A DNA stretch of 42,704 nucleotides, taken from assembly GCA_963825865.1 (NCBI GenBank), contig CAWGVG010000061.1, positions 1-42,704 on the forward strand, written 5' to 3'. A program made the translations under genes and the position numbers. The notes beneath the pieces were generated by a model, which was not told where the DNA came from, ran no database searches, and saw only the letters and a program-made list of their open reading frames with translations. This document shows, one piece after another, positions 23,227-35,054 of the stretch (the first letter of the stretch is position 1; each line of letters starts with the position of its first letter). The stretch comes from an uncultured Nitrososphaeraceae archaeon (lineage in GTDB: Archaea; Thermoproteota; Nitrososphaeria; Nitrososphaerales; Nitrososphaeraceae).

Positions 23227-23586
23227 ATGACAATCTATATTGTTAGAGCCAAGCCAAAGAAAAATCTAATTAAAGATCTGCATAAACAGTTAGAATCAGG
23301 TCAAATATCACAGCTCAAACCATTTGGAAAAGCCCTTAATCATGGTTTACAGAATGCAAAGATGGACGACAGCGATGGATATCATATTGGATAGAAGAAT
23401 ACTATTGCTCTCCTCCACTTGCTATGGAACGAGAGGCAGTATTAGACAAATACTTTGATGATTTAAGTGTAGAAAAAGTAGAAGAACCTCAAACAGGATG
23501 GGAAAGAATGAGATAAACCATTGCTTTGGGCAGGCAGCAGTAGTAGTAGCAGTAGCAACAAATATAACAAATTATTCCTTAGATAA
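23227..23586 (+). CDS. Conserved archaeal hypothetical protein (frameshifted)
   Basis: MTIYIVRAKPK...ISQLKPFGKAL...WIEEYYCSPPLAMEREAVLDKYFDDL...GWE. Confidence 0.55.
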
Positions 23587-23612
23587 AACCGCAACCTAAC
23601 CCGGAATAGCCA

Positions 23613-24053
23613 ATGACCGAAGCTGAGATTAGAGAAATTATCGATAGGGAAACTCGCGCTTGGGATAATCAAAATCTTGACATGCTTATGAGCATATTTC
23701 ATCAAGATATGGTATGGCCATGGCCAAGAACTACCCATTCTCACGACCCAATGGATTGGTTTTTTGAAGTAGGTCGCTTCAATTATGAAAGATGGCGAAA
23801 AGGATGGCAAGAACTTTTTCATTCACATAGATTGGTACATAACATTCGCTCAATTCAAAAGATTGTAATTTCACCTGAAGGAGATGGTGCCTTTGCGGTA
23901 GTTGATGTTGATACACTATGGCATAGGAAAGATAACGGAAATGACTTTCATTAGAAAGGACGGGCTTGCAAAGTCTATACAAAAGTAAATGATCAATGGA
24001 AAATGATATATCAGGAAGGATTGTTAGATTATTCAGATACAGGTGCAAATTAA
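23613..24053 (+). CDS. NTF2-like/SnoaL-like protein with internal TAG at 23952
   Basis: ETRAWDNQNLDML...GDGAFAVVDVDTLW; the frame continues KGRACKVYTKVNDQWKMI after the stop. Confidence 0.7.
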
Positions 24054-24229
24054 ACAAACCCATATTATTAATAATGGAAGTAAGACTTGCTCGCAAAACA
24101 ATTCTGATGATAGATCACAGCTATACACAAAACAAAAAGGTTAAGTTATCCCGTTATGGAGGCCATATGGTAGGTTAGAACAATTTTCCCTATTATCTTA
24201 TATCTATTAATCTATCAGTAAAAGAATGG

Positions 24230-24810
24230 ATTCATTCCTTGGCAAAGAACGAACTAACTCAGGTGCATTATGGCACTCAAAATGTTTTGGATACAGAACT
24301 ACAATTCTTATCTAATTCCACTGAAAAGATAGATTCCTGGGCTTGGCTGATATTGAAGTTATTCCAAGCTCAGCAAGAGCACAGGATTTGTATTTGGATA
24401 TTGTAAAATCAGCTGCAGAGGAAATATTATGGATATTCCCGACCCCAAATTCTTTTATTCGTCAAGATAAGATTGGAACGATACAACTAGCAAAAGAGGC
24501 AGCAAAAGAAAGAAATGTTAAAGTTAGAACATTGGTGCCTGAAAACAGAGTAATTGAACAAAAAATACATCAGCTGAAAGAATATTGTCCTGACCACATA
24601 ATAGATGTCAGACATATTGAGCAAATGACAGAGACCAAAGCCACAATTCTAGTAGTTGATAGAAAAGCGTCTTTGGTGATGGAATTAAGAGATGATTCAA
24701 AGACAACTTTTGTTGAAGCAATAGGATTATCAACATACTCTAATAGCAGAGCAGGTGTTTTATCTTATGTAGCAATATTCGAGAATTTATGGATAAATAA
24801 ATGTATTTAA
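24230..24810 (+). pseudogene. Histidine kinase N-terminal sensory fragment (no kinase domain)
   Basis: IVKSAAEEILWIFPT...TILVVDRKASLVMELRDDSK...AIGLSTYSNSRAGVLSYVAIFENLW is typical of Nitrososphaeraceae HKs; HisKA/HATPase is absent. Confidence 0.65.
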
Positions 24811-25700
24811 CAGAACCTTGAGCCAGTTGGAAAGATTTTCTTTAATATCATCTTTTACTAGGGAACTTGAAGGAGAAGTCGCATTTGTATTCAATGAACT
24901 TGTATCTGCTCCTATAGTTGAGTCAGCAGTGGTAGTAGTATCATAGGAATGTAATAGACCAGACTGAGCCTCAGGCCAAGCGTAAAGATCTGCCGATGTA
25001 TATTCTTCGATAGGTCCAGCTTTCTGCAGTCTATACATGCCAGATCCAGTAAAGTAACCAATTGCAGGTGACAATTGATGGCCAAGGCCTGGGTAAGTAA
25101 TCAACATACGATCTGGATGATTTACCTCTGTCAGTCTTTGCTCCGAGCATAAAGACTTGCTGAACTGGAGTATTTGTATCAGAATTAGGATGCCCGTAGT
25201 TGAAGAAACATTTGCGATCATGTTTAGGCTATTACCCAAAGCAAAGTTCGACTTCATATATGGAGGACATTCCTCTAAGCCAAGACAATTTGGATTCTCA
25301 GTGGTAAGAGATTCAATTCTTTTTTCCAGCAGAGGTTTAAGCTCTTTATCGATACTAATGTAATTCTGTTTATTTGTGCTATTTCTTTCGCCTTGCAGCT
25401 GTTCTGTTGTTCTACTGTTATTGATGTTCTTAGCGCTATGAATTACATTACCAGTGTACCTAGTGTTAGAAATAACTTTGTCAATAATAATTTGTAACGT
25501 AGGATCCTTAGATGCCTTGTAATGATACTAATCTATTATGTTTGTGATCTAACACCTTTTCAGCATAAAGGATTGGCAAGTATGCATACTGGAGATACAA
25601 GCTATCACGAAGGTTCAGAGCTTGTGCACCAATAAGTACTATATTACGGACCTTTGTTGGATTATCGACTGCAACTCTTGGTGCAGATGGGTAATAAAAG
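24787..25700 (-). pseudogene. Alpha/beta hydrolase C-terminal fragment
   Basis: PRVAVDNPTKVRNIVLIGA ... EQRLTEVNHPDRMLITYPGLGH ... GPIEEY..ADLYAW. Confidence 0.55.
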
Positions 25701-25854
25701 TATGGTAACTTAGCATATGTTATTATGGTACATGTAATAATCACAGTAGTCTATGACTAATATATTAAAATTTGTCGTTATTGCAGCATCATCTTTGGTT
25801 GCAGCATCGTTGGTGAGTTCATTGATTGGGATTTTTGCAAGATAAACGTAGGAA

Positions 25855-26346
25855 GTGGAAAAACTTGAAGAGGTTTCGCAAAGAGTGTACAAGAATACAA
25901 TATTGACCACGACATTAGGATTCCTCATTATTTACTTTCTCTTTCCATATGTTCAAGGACAAACACTAAAACAAAACTATAAAAGTATTACAATATTTAC
26001 TGGACCAATACATCTAGGTAATGGCCATACCTATTGGATAAACCTCCGTATTCCTCAGAACATTACAGACTCATATTTGAAAGGCCATGTTAGCGCATCT
26101 GGAAGCATACTTAATACTGTGACTGTGAAATTATATGATGCTGGCAAATGTCCTTCTCCTGATTCTAAAGGCAATATTGAGTTTAGTAAATGCAGTTCGC
26201 CTTTGTTATCTGGCGAATATTTGCAAGCACAAGAAATTCTGAAATATATTAATCATCCTGGGAACTTCTATCTTGTTTTGAAAAACAATTCTCCCTTTTT
26301 TGACAAAACCGTATCTGGAAATCTCCTCTTAAAGTACTTAAGATAA
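25855..26346 (+). CDS. Exported hypothetical protein (beta-sandwich-like)
   Basis: N-terminal hydrophobic segment; PGNFYLVLKNNSPFFDKTV. Confidence 0.5.
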   Translation: MEKLEEVSQRVYKNTILTTTLGFLIIYFLFPYVQGQTLKQNYKSITIFTGPIHLGNGHTYWINLRIPQNITDSYLKGHVSASGSILNTVTVKLYDAGKCPSPDSKGNIEFSKCSSPLLSGEYLQAQEILKYINHPGNFYLVLKNNSPFFDKTVSGNLLLKYLR

Positions 26347-27006
26347 CCTAGAAAAAAGCGCCAGTAAAGTCCAGGAGTTGAGCAGCCAGGGATATAGCCA
26401 GAGCGAAATAGCACAGATATTGCAGGTATCTTCTTACTCTTCTACTCCTTTCGTCTATGTACGTATGAAATGTCTTGTTGGTTTGACTACAATTCTAATA
26501 GAAGCATGGAATACTTCGCAGCAGACAGGAGATAGAAGCCACTAGATAGGGAGAAGATACAAGCTTGTCTTTGGCTAAGGAATGCTATTCGATGAAGAGA
26601 GTATGAGTTAAGTTACACCTACGTATTGTAACTAGTTCATAGAAAATTATACATTTTCTACTACTGCTCGCTATCATAGCTTATACCAAAGAGTAGTTTA
26701 AATTTTTCAATGAAAATGCATGAATGCATTTAGAAATGGATCAATGTTTGAATCCTAATGTAATAACGGATGGCAACAGGAGATCAAGATCCAAGAGATC
26801 GAGTCAGATGAGTAAAGATATGGTACTGAAGCATAAATGGTATGATAGTGAAGCAACCAACCGAGTATAAAATAATAGGCAATTTGAAGATAGAACACTT
26901 GCAAGAATGGTAAAAATACTTGGTTCTCTTTCTTGCTCTCCTATAAACTAGATTGGTGCCATGCGTTCAAACTGAGGCTGTAGGCGAGTTGATATCGGTA
27001 TCCCCC

Positions 27007-27925
27007 TTACTGACGCTCCAATGCATGCCGATCCCACTTGGCACTTATTGCCGCTGCTTCATAGGTGCTTTGCACGAAAGACAACAAGACCTCATCAGGT
27101 GACTTCGCGGTACGGACCACATCGTAGGGCAGCAAGAATTCTCCCATACCTGTATGGTAGGATGCCTCCTGCGGGCTGGACCGGGTAGTCCTTGAAACCC
27201 TGAGGCTCAGGATAGGCATAGGAGTAGAAAGCATGGTTCATCGACAGGACCACCGCCAGGCCAGAAACCGCAACTACTCACTTCGTGCGAATAGGCCTCT
27301 ACCGCCACAAAACGGGCCATGTTCGGTGCACCTGGATGACAAGGCGCAGTACGTCCTGAAAAGCGGGTGACAGCCAAATCAAAGGCTCCCCAAAAAAAAT
27401 GTACCGGGCTCACCTTGCCAATGAACCGGGAACGAAACTCCGTAAGCACCCTGCTGGCCTCAGCTAGAATGCGCCAGACCCGTTGTGCATATTCGGGATT
27501 ATAGGTCGCATGTTTCTGATCCTCCTCAAATGGGGTTCGATCCTGCACCTCGACAGGCGTGGTCCAGACAGTTACAGGCATCCCAAGCGATCCCAAGGCG
27601 GCCATCGTTTCTTGATAAAAATCAGCTACTGAGCGTGATCGTAGAGCAATTGACTTGGTAATACCGTCGGTCGTTTGGATGAGTAGGAGGTGAGCAATGA
27701 AATCGAAGTCTATCTGAAGGTATCGACCTTTGTAGGTCATTATGTTTGTGGTGAGTCCGCGAGGTGTGACATACAGGGTAGTATTCCACCAGTGATTCGC
27801 CCGCGGAGTGAGCGCTGAGCCGGATCTTGCCGATGATTTGTGTCCACCTGTGCAGCGTCTCATAGGTGTCTTTCCACTCGGCTAACAGGCAGTGGTGGCC
27901 ATGGGTTTGTAGTCATCGGTTTCAT
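27007..27925 (-). CDS. DUF5996 (Ava_C0101-like) protein, frameshifted
   Basis: WKDTYETLHRWTQIIGKIR, NHWWNTTLYVTPRGLTT, FIGKVSPVHFFWGAFDLAVTRFSGR, EAYSHEVSSCGFWPG, QSTYEAAA; GGAGG RBS upstream. Confidence 0.8.
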
Positions 27926-28489
27926 TCAATCCTCCGCTCAACGGGCGAATTATACATGCGACAGTAATGATTTTCGATGCCGGGCGCTCGGCTAACATAC
28001 GCGGTAAGTATGATCTTGTATTGGATGAGCATGGAGGCTAAGAGAAGTTCGTATAGTCGGGGTTCTGGAAGATGCATTGTATGAATATGTGACAGAGTCA
28101 ACTATCTAATATTTTCTCATAACCACGAATACTGCTAGCAAATCAGACAGCGTTGGTATTTCATGGCAGGGAAAATCATGTTAAATGGACCTTCTCAGAT
28201 GCATCGAGACAACTCCCTAGAGGTAAGTGGACACAGGGCTTAAGCTTGACACAAAAAACGTCAAATGCATATCAGTGTGGATAAAAAACTGCTACAACTT
28301 TAGATATCATCATCATTTTTTTCAACTTCTATTTTAACGGTTTTTAACCTGTGTAAAGGATCATATATCTCATAACATCTTTTGCATAGGTTCAAGATAT
28401 TTCCGAAGTCTGTGTATACTTTCAGTTCTGCTTTGCGTCCACAGAGCCAGTAACAATAGCAATAAGAAAAAATATTGTAGTTGTCGTTA

Positions 28490-28590
28490 ATATTATTATC
28501 GTTATTATTATTATTATTATTATTAGTATGCTCAGGCATTTTCTTAATTTATCTATTTATTATTTTCATTATTATTATTATTATTGTAGG
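28490..28590. repeat. ATT trinucleotide microsatellites
   Basis: Two (ATT)n runs, one encoding poly-Asn in ORF 28300..28539. Confidence 0.7.
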
Positions 28591-28742
28591 ATCAGAGTAA
28601 TTTTTCGCGATCAACGGTGTCAACGACCAGCATTTCTATTACTGGTTTTGGAATATTTGGTAACCTCTGTGTTCTTGATATGTAACGCTTACCTTAATTC
28701 TCTTTCATCTCAAAAAAAGGATTGACATACAAAATTACCAGA

Positions 28743-30044
28743 TCAAGCGTCTTTCTTTTTCAATAGTCGAAAAGACATGACAAAGACAACCAATATTACT
28801 CCAGCGCTAATTAGAAAAGTAGCTCCTCCAATTGAATTATACAAAAATCCACCCAAAGATAACCCAACGATACTCGCCAGGCCTCCAAAACTACCTGCAA
28901 CGCCCTGTACTGCTCCTTGAAGTTTTGATCCTGCGCGTCTTGACATTATGGACATGAAAGAGGGCCACATAAGACCGTTACCAACTGCAAATAATATTAT
29001 AGCCCCTCCGACTGAAATAATATTATTTGATACAAATAATATAAAATTTGTACCTAAAATCATGCTACCAATGATGACTAATTTTTCCTCTGAGAATTTT
29101 TTTAATGCTTTACGTAAGACAGGACCTTGGATCAAAACCATTATTCCACTTAATACTGCATAAAATATTCCCAACTGTGTTACTGACCAATTTAGATCAT
29201 TCGCTGCATGAGTAGGAAAGGCAGCATAGTATATATTAAATCCAAGAAATATCAAAAAATATAATATTAGTAAAAAAGAAATATGTTTTAGTTTGAAAAC
29301 ATCTCGCAATCTAGGTTTTTTAGTGTTTACCGTCGAATAGGGCTCTCTGCATTCCTGCGAAAAAACTTTTCTGATGGTTCCTTCCTCGTCCGGAACCAAT
29401 ATTTCTTCTGACGGGGGCTTGGAATCTCTTAACAGAAAACCTATTACGATTAACGTAACTAAAGATAGAATTAATGCTGCTAGAACTGGCAATATTCCTC
29501 CATAGATAGTTCCCCCTAAAATTCCAGCTAGTGCAGGACCTAGAATAAACCCAAGGTTGGAAGATATCGCCATTTTTCCAAAGTTTTTACTCCTTGTTCT
29601 ATCTGATGAAAGGTCTGCAAGATAAGCATTGGCAATAGAGATATTCCCACCAGTAATGCCGTCAATAGCTCTAGCAAGAAATAAGATAAACAAAGGAAGA
29701 ATAATGACAAATGTTCCAAGGAAGGCGATATCAATGCTAAAAGATTTTTCAAAGGGCAAAAATAATGCAAAAAGAAATAGTATCCAACCAACTGATGTTC
29801 CAACATTACTCAATAAAAGAACTCTTTTCCTTCCAAAAATATCAGACCATCTTCCTAATATTGGAGCTCCAATAAGTTGGAAAGCCGGATAAGTGGCGGC
29901 GAGTAGACCATAAACTATAGCATTACCTCCAAATTTCATGACTAAAAAAATTAGGAAAGGCAAAACAATACTAAAGCCAAGAGTACCTACAAAATTAACC
30001 AATAATAGTGGAAAAAGCGGAGGCTGTTTTACTAGACTAGTCAT
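28743..30044 (-). CDS. MFS transporter, DHA1/TetA-like
   Basis: GRWSDIFGRKRVLL (motif A), ARAIDGITGGNISIANAYLAD, GFILGPALAG; about 12 TM segments. Confidence 0.92.
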   Translation of the reverse strand: MTSLVKQPPLFPLLLVNFVGTLGFSIVLPFLIFLVMKFGGNAIVYGLLAATYPAFQLIGAPILGRWSDIFGRKRVLLLSNVGTSVGWILFLFALFLPFEKSFSIDIAFLGTFVIILPLFILFLARAIDGITGGNISIANAYLADLSSDRTRSKNFGKMAISSNLGFILGPALAGILGGTIYGGILPVLAALILSLVTLIVIGFLLRDSKPPSEEILVPDEEGTIRKVFSQECREPYSTVNTKKPRLRDVFKLKHISFLLILYFLIFLGFNIYYAAFPTHAANDLNWSVTQLGIFYAVLSGIMVLIQGPVLRKALKKFSEEKLVIIGSMILGTNFILFVSNNIISVGGAIILFAVGNGLMWPSFMSIMSRRAGSKLQGAVQGVAGSFGGLASIVGLSLGGFLYNSIGGATFLISAGVILVVFVMSFRLLKKKDA

Positions 30045-30789
30045 TATTTAGGTAACCATAGGGTTCCATTTAAAAATTAGGGACACAATCTGTGCCATTA
30101 TCATAAGTCTTTACAACTTTTCTGCCCGTCACTATATCCGATGATGGTCCTATAGTTTGGTTTATTTTTTAAATCTGCGGAATAAGCGAGATTCACGTAG
30201 AATTTGATTAATAAGAGGCCGAAGGCAGCATTAGTTCTTAAAGGTACGATTCACTATTTTGCTTAATTCCATATTTTGTAACTCTTGCAATCGGTTTCCT
30301 TCTATTTTTTCTCTTCTCTCTACCCGTAGTATTTTTGATAGATTATCATAACGATATGTTTTGACTTTGTATAGATTTCCATTTTTATCATGCCGCAACT
30401 TTTGGCATTGTGCTTTGGATATTAATTTTCGACATAGTGGACAATATAACAGCCTATGCATGCCGTTTTTAGATTCCATAACATGACCGTTATTGTCTTT
30501 GAACCATGTCATTTCTTTAATGTTTTTAGCTCTGCCGGCTAAAAAATATTTGTATCTGGCGTTAGTAGTTGAATGCTTTTGTACTATGTTCTGGATTTAC
30601 ACGTCTTCCTACTTCTATGTCTTCCTCTCACTCTTCTTCTTCCTCCAACTCTACCACTAAATAACTAAATAAAATAATCTCTATCTCATATTATTTAACC
30701 TCTAAAAAACTTGGTTTGTAGTAGTCTTCAATGGCTTGGCGTAGAGTGAGGAAGAGATTGAGCAGCTCAAGACGATTCTTGTATCCACC

Positions 30790-30916
30790 GCGCCGCTGGG
30801 CAGGATGGGAAGTCCTGACGAAGTCGCGAAAGTCGCCTTATTCTTTCGCGTCGGATGACAGCAGTTATGTCACGGGTATCGAACTGTTCGTAGATGGGGG
30901 TATGGCTCAAATCTAA
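30790..30916 (+). pseudogene. SDR oxidoreductase C-terminal fragment
   Basis: PLGRMGSPDEVAKVA..FASDDSSYVTGIELFVDGGMAQI. Confidence 0.75.
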
Positions 30917-31026
30917 GTGATCTTTTGTACAAATAATAATATCCTACTACTACCTGTACTTTACTTAATAGTGCTTCTAAAGAATTTGAATAGATGGTCT
31001 ATATGCTTATAGATGAATAACAGGTT

Positions 31027-32025
31027 ATGATGATGCAGGCTTTAAATAACATATTTGCTAGCAGCAAGATATGTATGCCTCTAAAAGATGATGATGATAA
31101 AACGGACCATACTGCTACAATAATAAACAAAAGGATTATCTCAATTGTAATTGCATTGTCTCTGTCTGGACTGATTGTCATTGCAGGTGGATTAGCCCCT
31201 ATTATAGTTTCAGCGCAATCAATTCCAAGCAACGGCAGTACACCAATGTTATCAAGCCAAAGTGTACCATCTTTTTCTCGGCCACCTCCTACACCATTCT
31301 CACCACCACCATCTTCCGAACTATCTGCAGCTCAAATCAGCGCTTCAACAAACAAGACATGCACACTGACACCCTCGTCGTTAATCAAACTCCAAGGCAA
31401 GCCGCAACAAACCGAAGGCCCGTACTTTGTCGAAGGGATTCCTAACCGCTCTGATATAAGGTCAGATCCCTCAGACAGTTCAGTGCAACCAGGAATTCCA
31501 TTGCATCTAGTAATTCGCGTCTATGATGTGAATAATGGTGGTTCATGTACTCCTCTTAAAGGAGCACGGGTAGACATCTGGCATGCCAATTCTCTGGGCG
31601 TCTATTCGAGTGTTAAAGATCAGGGCACTACCGGAAAGAAGTTTCTTCGAGGATACCAAGTAACAGACGATAATGGGACTGTCCGATTCACTACTATATA
31701 TCCTGGATGGTATCAGGGCAGAGCCATTCACATACACGACAAGGTCCGCACATTTGAGGGATCAGAGAAAACTTTAGAATGGACATCACAGCTTTACTTC
31801 AACAATTCTATCAACGAACTGGTGCATACCCAATCTCCCTATAGTAAGCATGGACTTCCAGACATAACTAATGAACAGGATGGCATCTATGCAGGACCCT
31901 CAAGTGATAACCTAGTGCAAAGTAATTCTGGAAAGCATCTGATGCTCAATCTGACTAAACAAGGGCAACAATCTTACCTTGGTACATTCAATATCGTGCT
32001 AAACTCGGAACAATCTATGCAGTAG
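31027..32025 (+). CDS. Membrane-anchored/secreted intradiol ring-cleavage dioxygenase-like protein
   Basis: TEGPYF, VDIWHANSLGVYS, FLRGYQVTD, TIYPGWYQGRAIHIH; TM segment and Pro/Ser linker at the N-terminus. Confidence 0.85.
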   Translation: MMMQALNNIFASSKICMPLKDDDDKTDHTATIINKRIISIVIALSLSGLIVIAGGLAPIIVSAQSIPSNGSTPMLSSQSVPSFSRPPPTPFSPPPSSELSAAQISASTNKTCTLTPSSLIKLQGKPQQTEGPYFVEGIPNRSDIRSDPSDSSVQPGIPLHLVIRVYDVNNGGSCTPLKGARVDIWHANSLGVYSSVKDQGTTGKKFLRGYQVTDDNGTVRFTTIYPGWYQGRAIHIHDKVRTFEGSEKTLEWTSQLYFNNSINELVHTQSPYSKHGLPDITNEQDGIYAGPSSDNLVQSNSGKHLMLNLTKQGQQSYLGTFNIVLNSEQSMQ

Positions 32026-32102
32026 TGCTATATCCGTTTTTTCTTCCTCTGCATCTCCCTCTCTCCTAAAACAGTGCTTGCAACAACCAAAATCCCGATA
32101 GA

Positions 32103-32814
32103 CTACATATCCCCATTATTCATCGCAAGGACAGACAAAAGCCAGTCTTTTGCTTTTCTAATTTCTTCTAAAATCAAATTATGTCCACTCTTTTGCCAAT
32201 TTATTGATAGATCTGCTCCTGCTTTTTGCAGTATATTGAAAAGATTCTTAGTTTCTTGGTTCGAAACTATTGGATCATGCAAGCCAGCCGATAGTAATAC
32301 ACGTTTGGAACTAAGATCTGGCAGTGGCTCTGGTAGAAGTGGCACCATAGGACGGAAGAGAATAGCATAGGAGAGAATACTTGGACGAAGTAACAGTGCA
32401 CTTGCTGCCTATATTTGCACCGTTTGAATAACCTACTGCTACTAGGCGTTGTAAATCAAATCTATAAACCTTAGATGCCTCTTCAACAAAATCTGCCAGT
32501 TCATGAGTACGAAATTTCAGGTCCTCTATATCAAAAACTCCTTCAGCCAGTCGTCGAAAGAATCGAGGCAATCCATCCTCCAAGGCTTTGCCTCGAGGAC
32601 TAAGAATAGCTGCTTCTGGATCTATTTCATGCCCCAGAGAAATCAAATCTTCTTCATTTCCTCCAGTACCATGAAGCAATAGGAGAGTGACATGAGGAGT
32701 TTTTCCCTTTGCTCTTCCTCCTCTTCCTACTTCTCCTCCTCCAGCTCTCGCTACTTTTTTATTTGGAGGAATAAAACGATGAATAAATCCAAGATGTTGA
32801 GTTTTCTTGTCCAT
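32103..32814 (-). CDS. mhqD: MhqD-like carboxylesterase (alpha/beta hydrolase), frameshifted
   Basis: LLLHGTGGNEEDL, RFFRRLAEGVFD, GYSNGANI, GLHDPIV, SGH. Confidence 0.8.
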
Positions 32815-32821
32815 TTTCTTT

Positions 32822-33880
32822 TTAGTTCTCCTCCTCATTATTGAATTGCTTCTTCACTACTTGTTCCTCTTTTTTCTTCTCGGGTAAATCTACCTTAGGC
32901 AAGATTTTCTCAAGATCCTTACGCATAGATTCAAGCCAAGGAGGAAGCACTAGATGTGTACCGAGGACCTCAGCTTTCTCGTCTATCATAAAGCCTGGTG
33001 GATTAGTAGCGATTTCGAAAAGTACACCTCCTGGTTCACGGAAATATACAGAATGAAAGTAGAATCGATCTATCACAGGAGTAGCATTTAATCCAGCTCT
33101 GACTATTTTATCACGTAAAACCTTTTGTTGTTCATCAGTAGGCGTACGCCATGCCACGTGATGAACTGACCCAATTCCTATAATTGCCTGTTGTGTATAT
33201 GGTATACAAAGAACATCAACAATATTAGCTCTTCCTCCTCTTGCTTCTTCTTCCCCGCCCTGAGTAACAGCAGATGCTGCTGTAGTAGTAGTAAGAATTT
33301 CATAACGGAAGCGGCTGCCATCCTGACGCGTGGGAATGAATCCCAATTCATCAGTCAAAACAGAAGCAGTGCGTTCGTATCCTTCTTCTGATAGGGTCAC
33401 AGAATAAAAGCCTCGTATGGCATGCTCAATGGGAATGGGACCTTGCTTCCATACATTATCACTTCTATCTTGTGCAGATTTATGTGCTACAAGTTCTAAT
33501 TCTAGCCCGTCTGGGTCATATAGCGTTATTACTTGCTCATCGTCAAAGCGTTTGTAAGGTCCATGAAACTGCGTTTGTTTGCTCTTAAATCTATCTATCC
33601 AATAGTTTATGGAATTCTCAGGAACCAGAAAAGACGTGGCAACTACTTCACTAGTTCCTCGACGTCCTTTAGGTGCATCCGGCCAGTGAAAGAAAGTAAG
33701 AATGGTACCTGGACGCCCTAACTCATCACCATAATAAAGATGGTACGAAGTTGGGTCGTCTTGATTGACTGTTAGTTTTACAAACCGAAGTCCCAAATTA
33801 TTAGCATAAAAATCTATGTTTTTCTGTGCATCGCCAGTTATTGCTGTAACATGATGTATTCCAAAAACACCCTTGCTCAT
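32822..33880 (-). CDS. Ring-cleaving dioxygenase (VOC, MhqO/A/E family)
   Basis: GIHHVTAI, KLTVNQDDPTSYHLYYGD, GSVHHVAWR, DRFYFHSVYFREPGGVLFEIAT. Confidence 0.92.
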   Translation of the reverse strand: MSKGVFGIHHVTAITGDAQKNIDFYANNLGLRFVKLTVNQDDPTSYHLYYGDELGRPGTILTFFHWPDAPKGRRGTSEVVATSFLVPENSINYWIDRFKSKQTQFHGPYKRFDDEQVITLYDPDGLELELVAHKSAQDRSDNVWKQGPIPIEHAIRGFYSVTLSEEGYERTASVLTDELGFIPTRQDGSRFRYEILTTTTAASAVTQGGEEEARGGRANIVDVLCIPYTQQAIIGIGSVHHVAWRTPTDEQQKVLRDKIVRAGLNATPVIDRFYFHSVYFREPGGVLFEIATNPPGFMIDEKAEVLGTHLVLPPWLESMRKDLEKILPKVDLPEKKKEEQVVKKQFNNEEEN

Positions 33881-34059
33881 TTTATTACGATTACTCTTTG
33901 CTTTTACTTTTCGCATTCCTTCTGAGTGAGTTCTGGCAAATATTGTATATATGGAATTAGAAAAGCATAAAGTCTTTTTGTTGATAATTTTTCATTTTTT
34001 GTACTATGACCATTTGAACAAGTAACTACTAGTAAAAATATACTTCTGAATTTTCAATA

Positions 34060-34280
34060 GATTTTGAATTATTCTATTTAAAGGATGGATTATGAGCAGG
34101 ATCTTTTTTGTTATTAGTAAAAATGATTTCAGCAAATTTTAAGAATTCATTTGATGGTTCCGCCGATATTTTGGTTAAATCTGTAATTAGTTCATGTGGT
34201 CTGATATCTAAAACAATATAGATATGATAACTATTGCCAGTCCAAAGGACCGTAGGGTTAAATCCATTTAACTTCTTTTT
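34060..34280 (-). pseudogene. AEP primase-polymerase-like fragment
   Basis: Reverse strand NPTVLWTGNSYHIYI...PSNEFLKFAEIIFTNNKKDPAHNPSFK. Confidence 0.55.
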
Positions 34281-34511
34281 ATAATGGCAAAAATCCTGGC
34301 TAGTTGCTTTAATCCTTCTTGTTGGCTAGCAAGAGTGTTATGACGACGAAATACCAGCAGCAACAGCAACTACATTATCAAAAAAAGAAGAAGTGAATAA
34401 TAACTATAACAACAACAATAAAAACATCGGGTTTATTGAAATTGATCGAAAGAAAGGATAAAAGGGCGCAACCATACTGCTTTAGAAGGGATATTATCTA
34501 TATATATTCGC

Positions 34512-34720
34512 CAGTATGCGGTATCAAAAAAGAATATGGTTTCACTTTTCCAACAACAACCTTTAACGTTATTATCTATATATGATCGACTTAAGGAAAT
34601 TGCAGATACTATAGGCTCCGGTTCTGGTAAAGATAAGACTATTAAGATTAGTAAGACTACTTATCGACAGCTCACCGCTTGAAGCAAAATATCTGATAAA
34701 AATCATAAACGGAGAATGAG
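34512..34720 (+). pseudogene. ATP-dependent DNA ligase N-terminal domain fragment
   Basis: SLFQQQPLTLLSIYDRLKEIADTIGSGSGKDK...SSPLEAKYLIKIINGE. Confidence 0.65.
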
Positions 34721-34826
34721 TATTGTGCCAATTAGAAGATACATCGACGAAACGCTAGGTCTTCCTTAAAGCCTTCACGAACTCTATTTTCAAAACATGA
34801 AGATAAATTATCGAGCTTTATTTTCA

Positions 34827-35054
34827 TTAACCCTTTTGTATCTTACTTTTTCTTCCAATCCTTTTGGTAGTTCTTGCTGTAATAGATCTTGAAAGTTGAA
34901 ACTCAATGCATTGACAATAATCAAAATCTTCATCGCCTTCATCATGTTGAGTCGTCATCAAACATCTTCCTTCATGCCAGAATCTTGTATGTCCGCATTT
35001 GCACATCTGGAAATCTCTTGCTTTTAGTTTTTCTAAAAAGCTACTAGAGACCAT
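34827..35054 (-). CDS. Small Zn-binding hypothetical protein
   Basis: CKCGHTRFWHEGRC...CQC. Confidence 0.45.
   Translation of the reverse strand: MVSSSFLEKLKARDFQMCKCGHTRFWHEGRCLMTTQHDEGDEDFDYCQCIEFQLSRSITARTTKRIGRKSKIQKG

Noticed and set aside
23952-23954. In-frame TAG in the NTF2-like gene as pyrrolysine readthrough
   Set aside because: It is one substitution from TGG (Trp), no pyl genes are in the window, and errors are common here.
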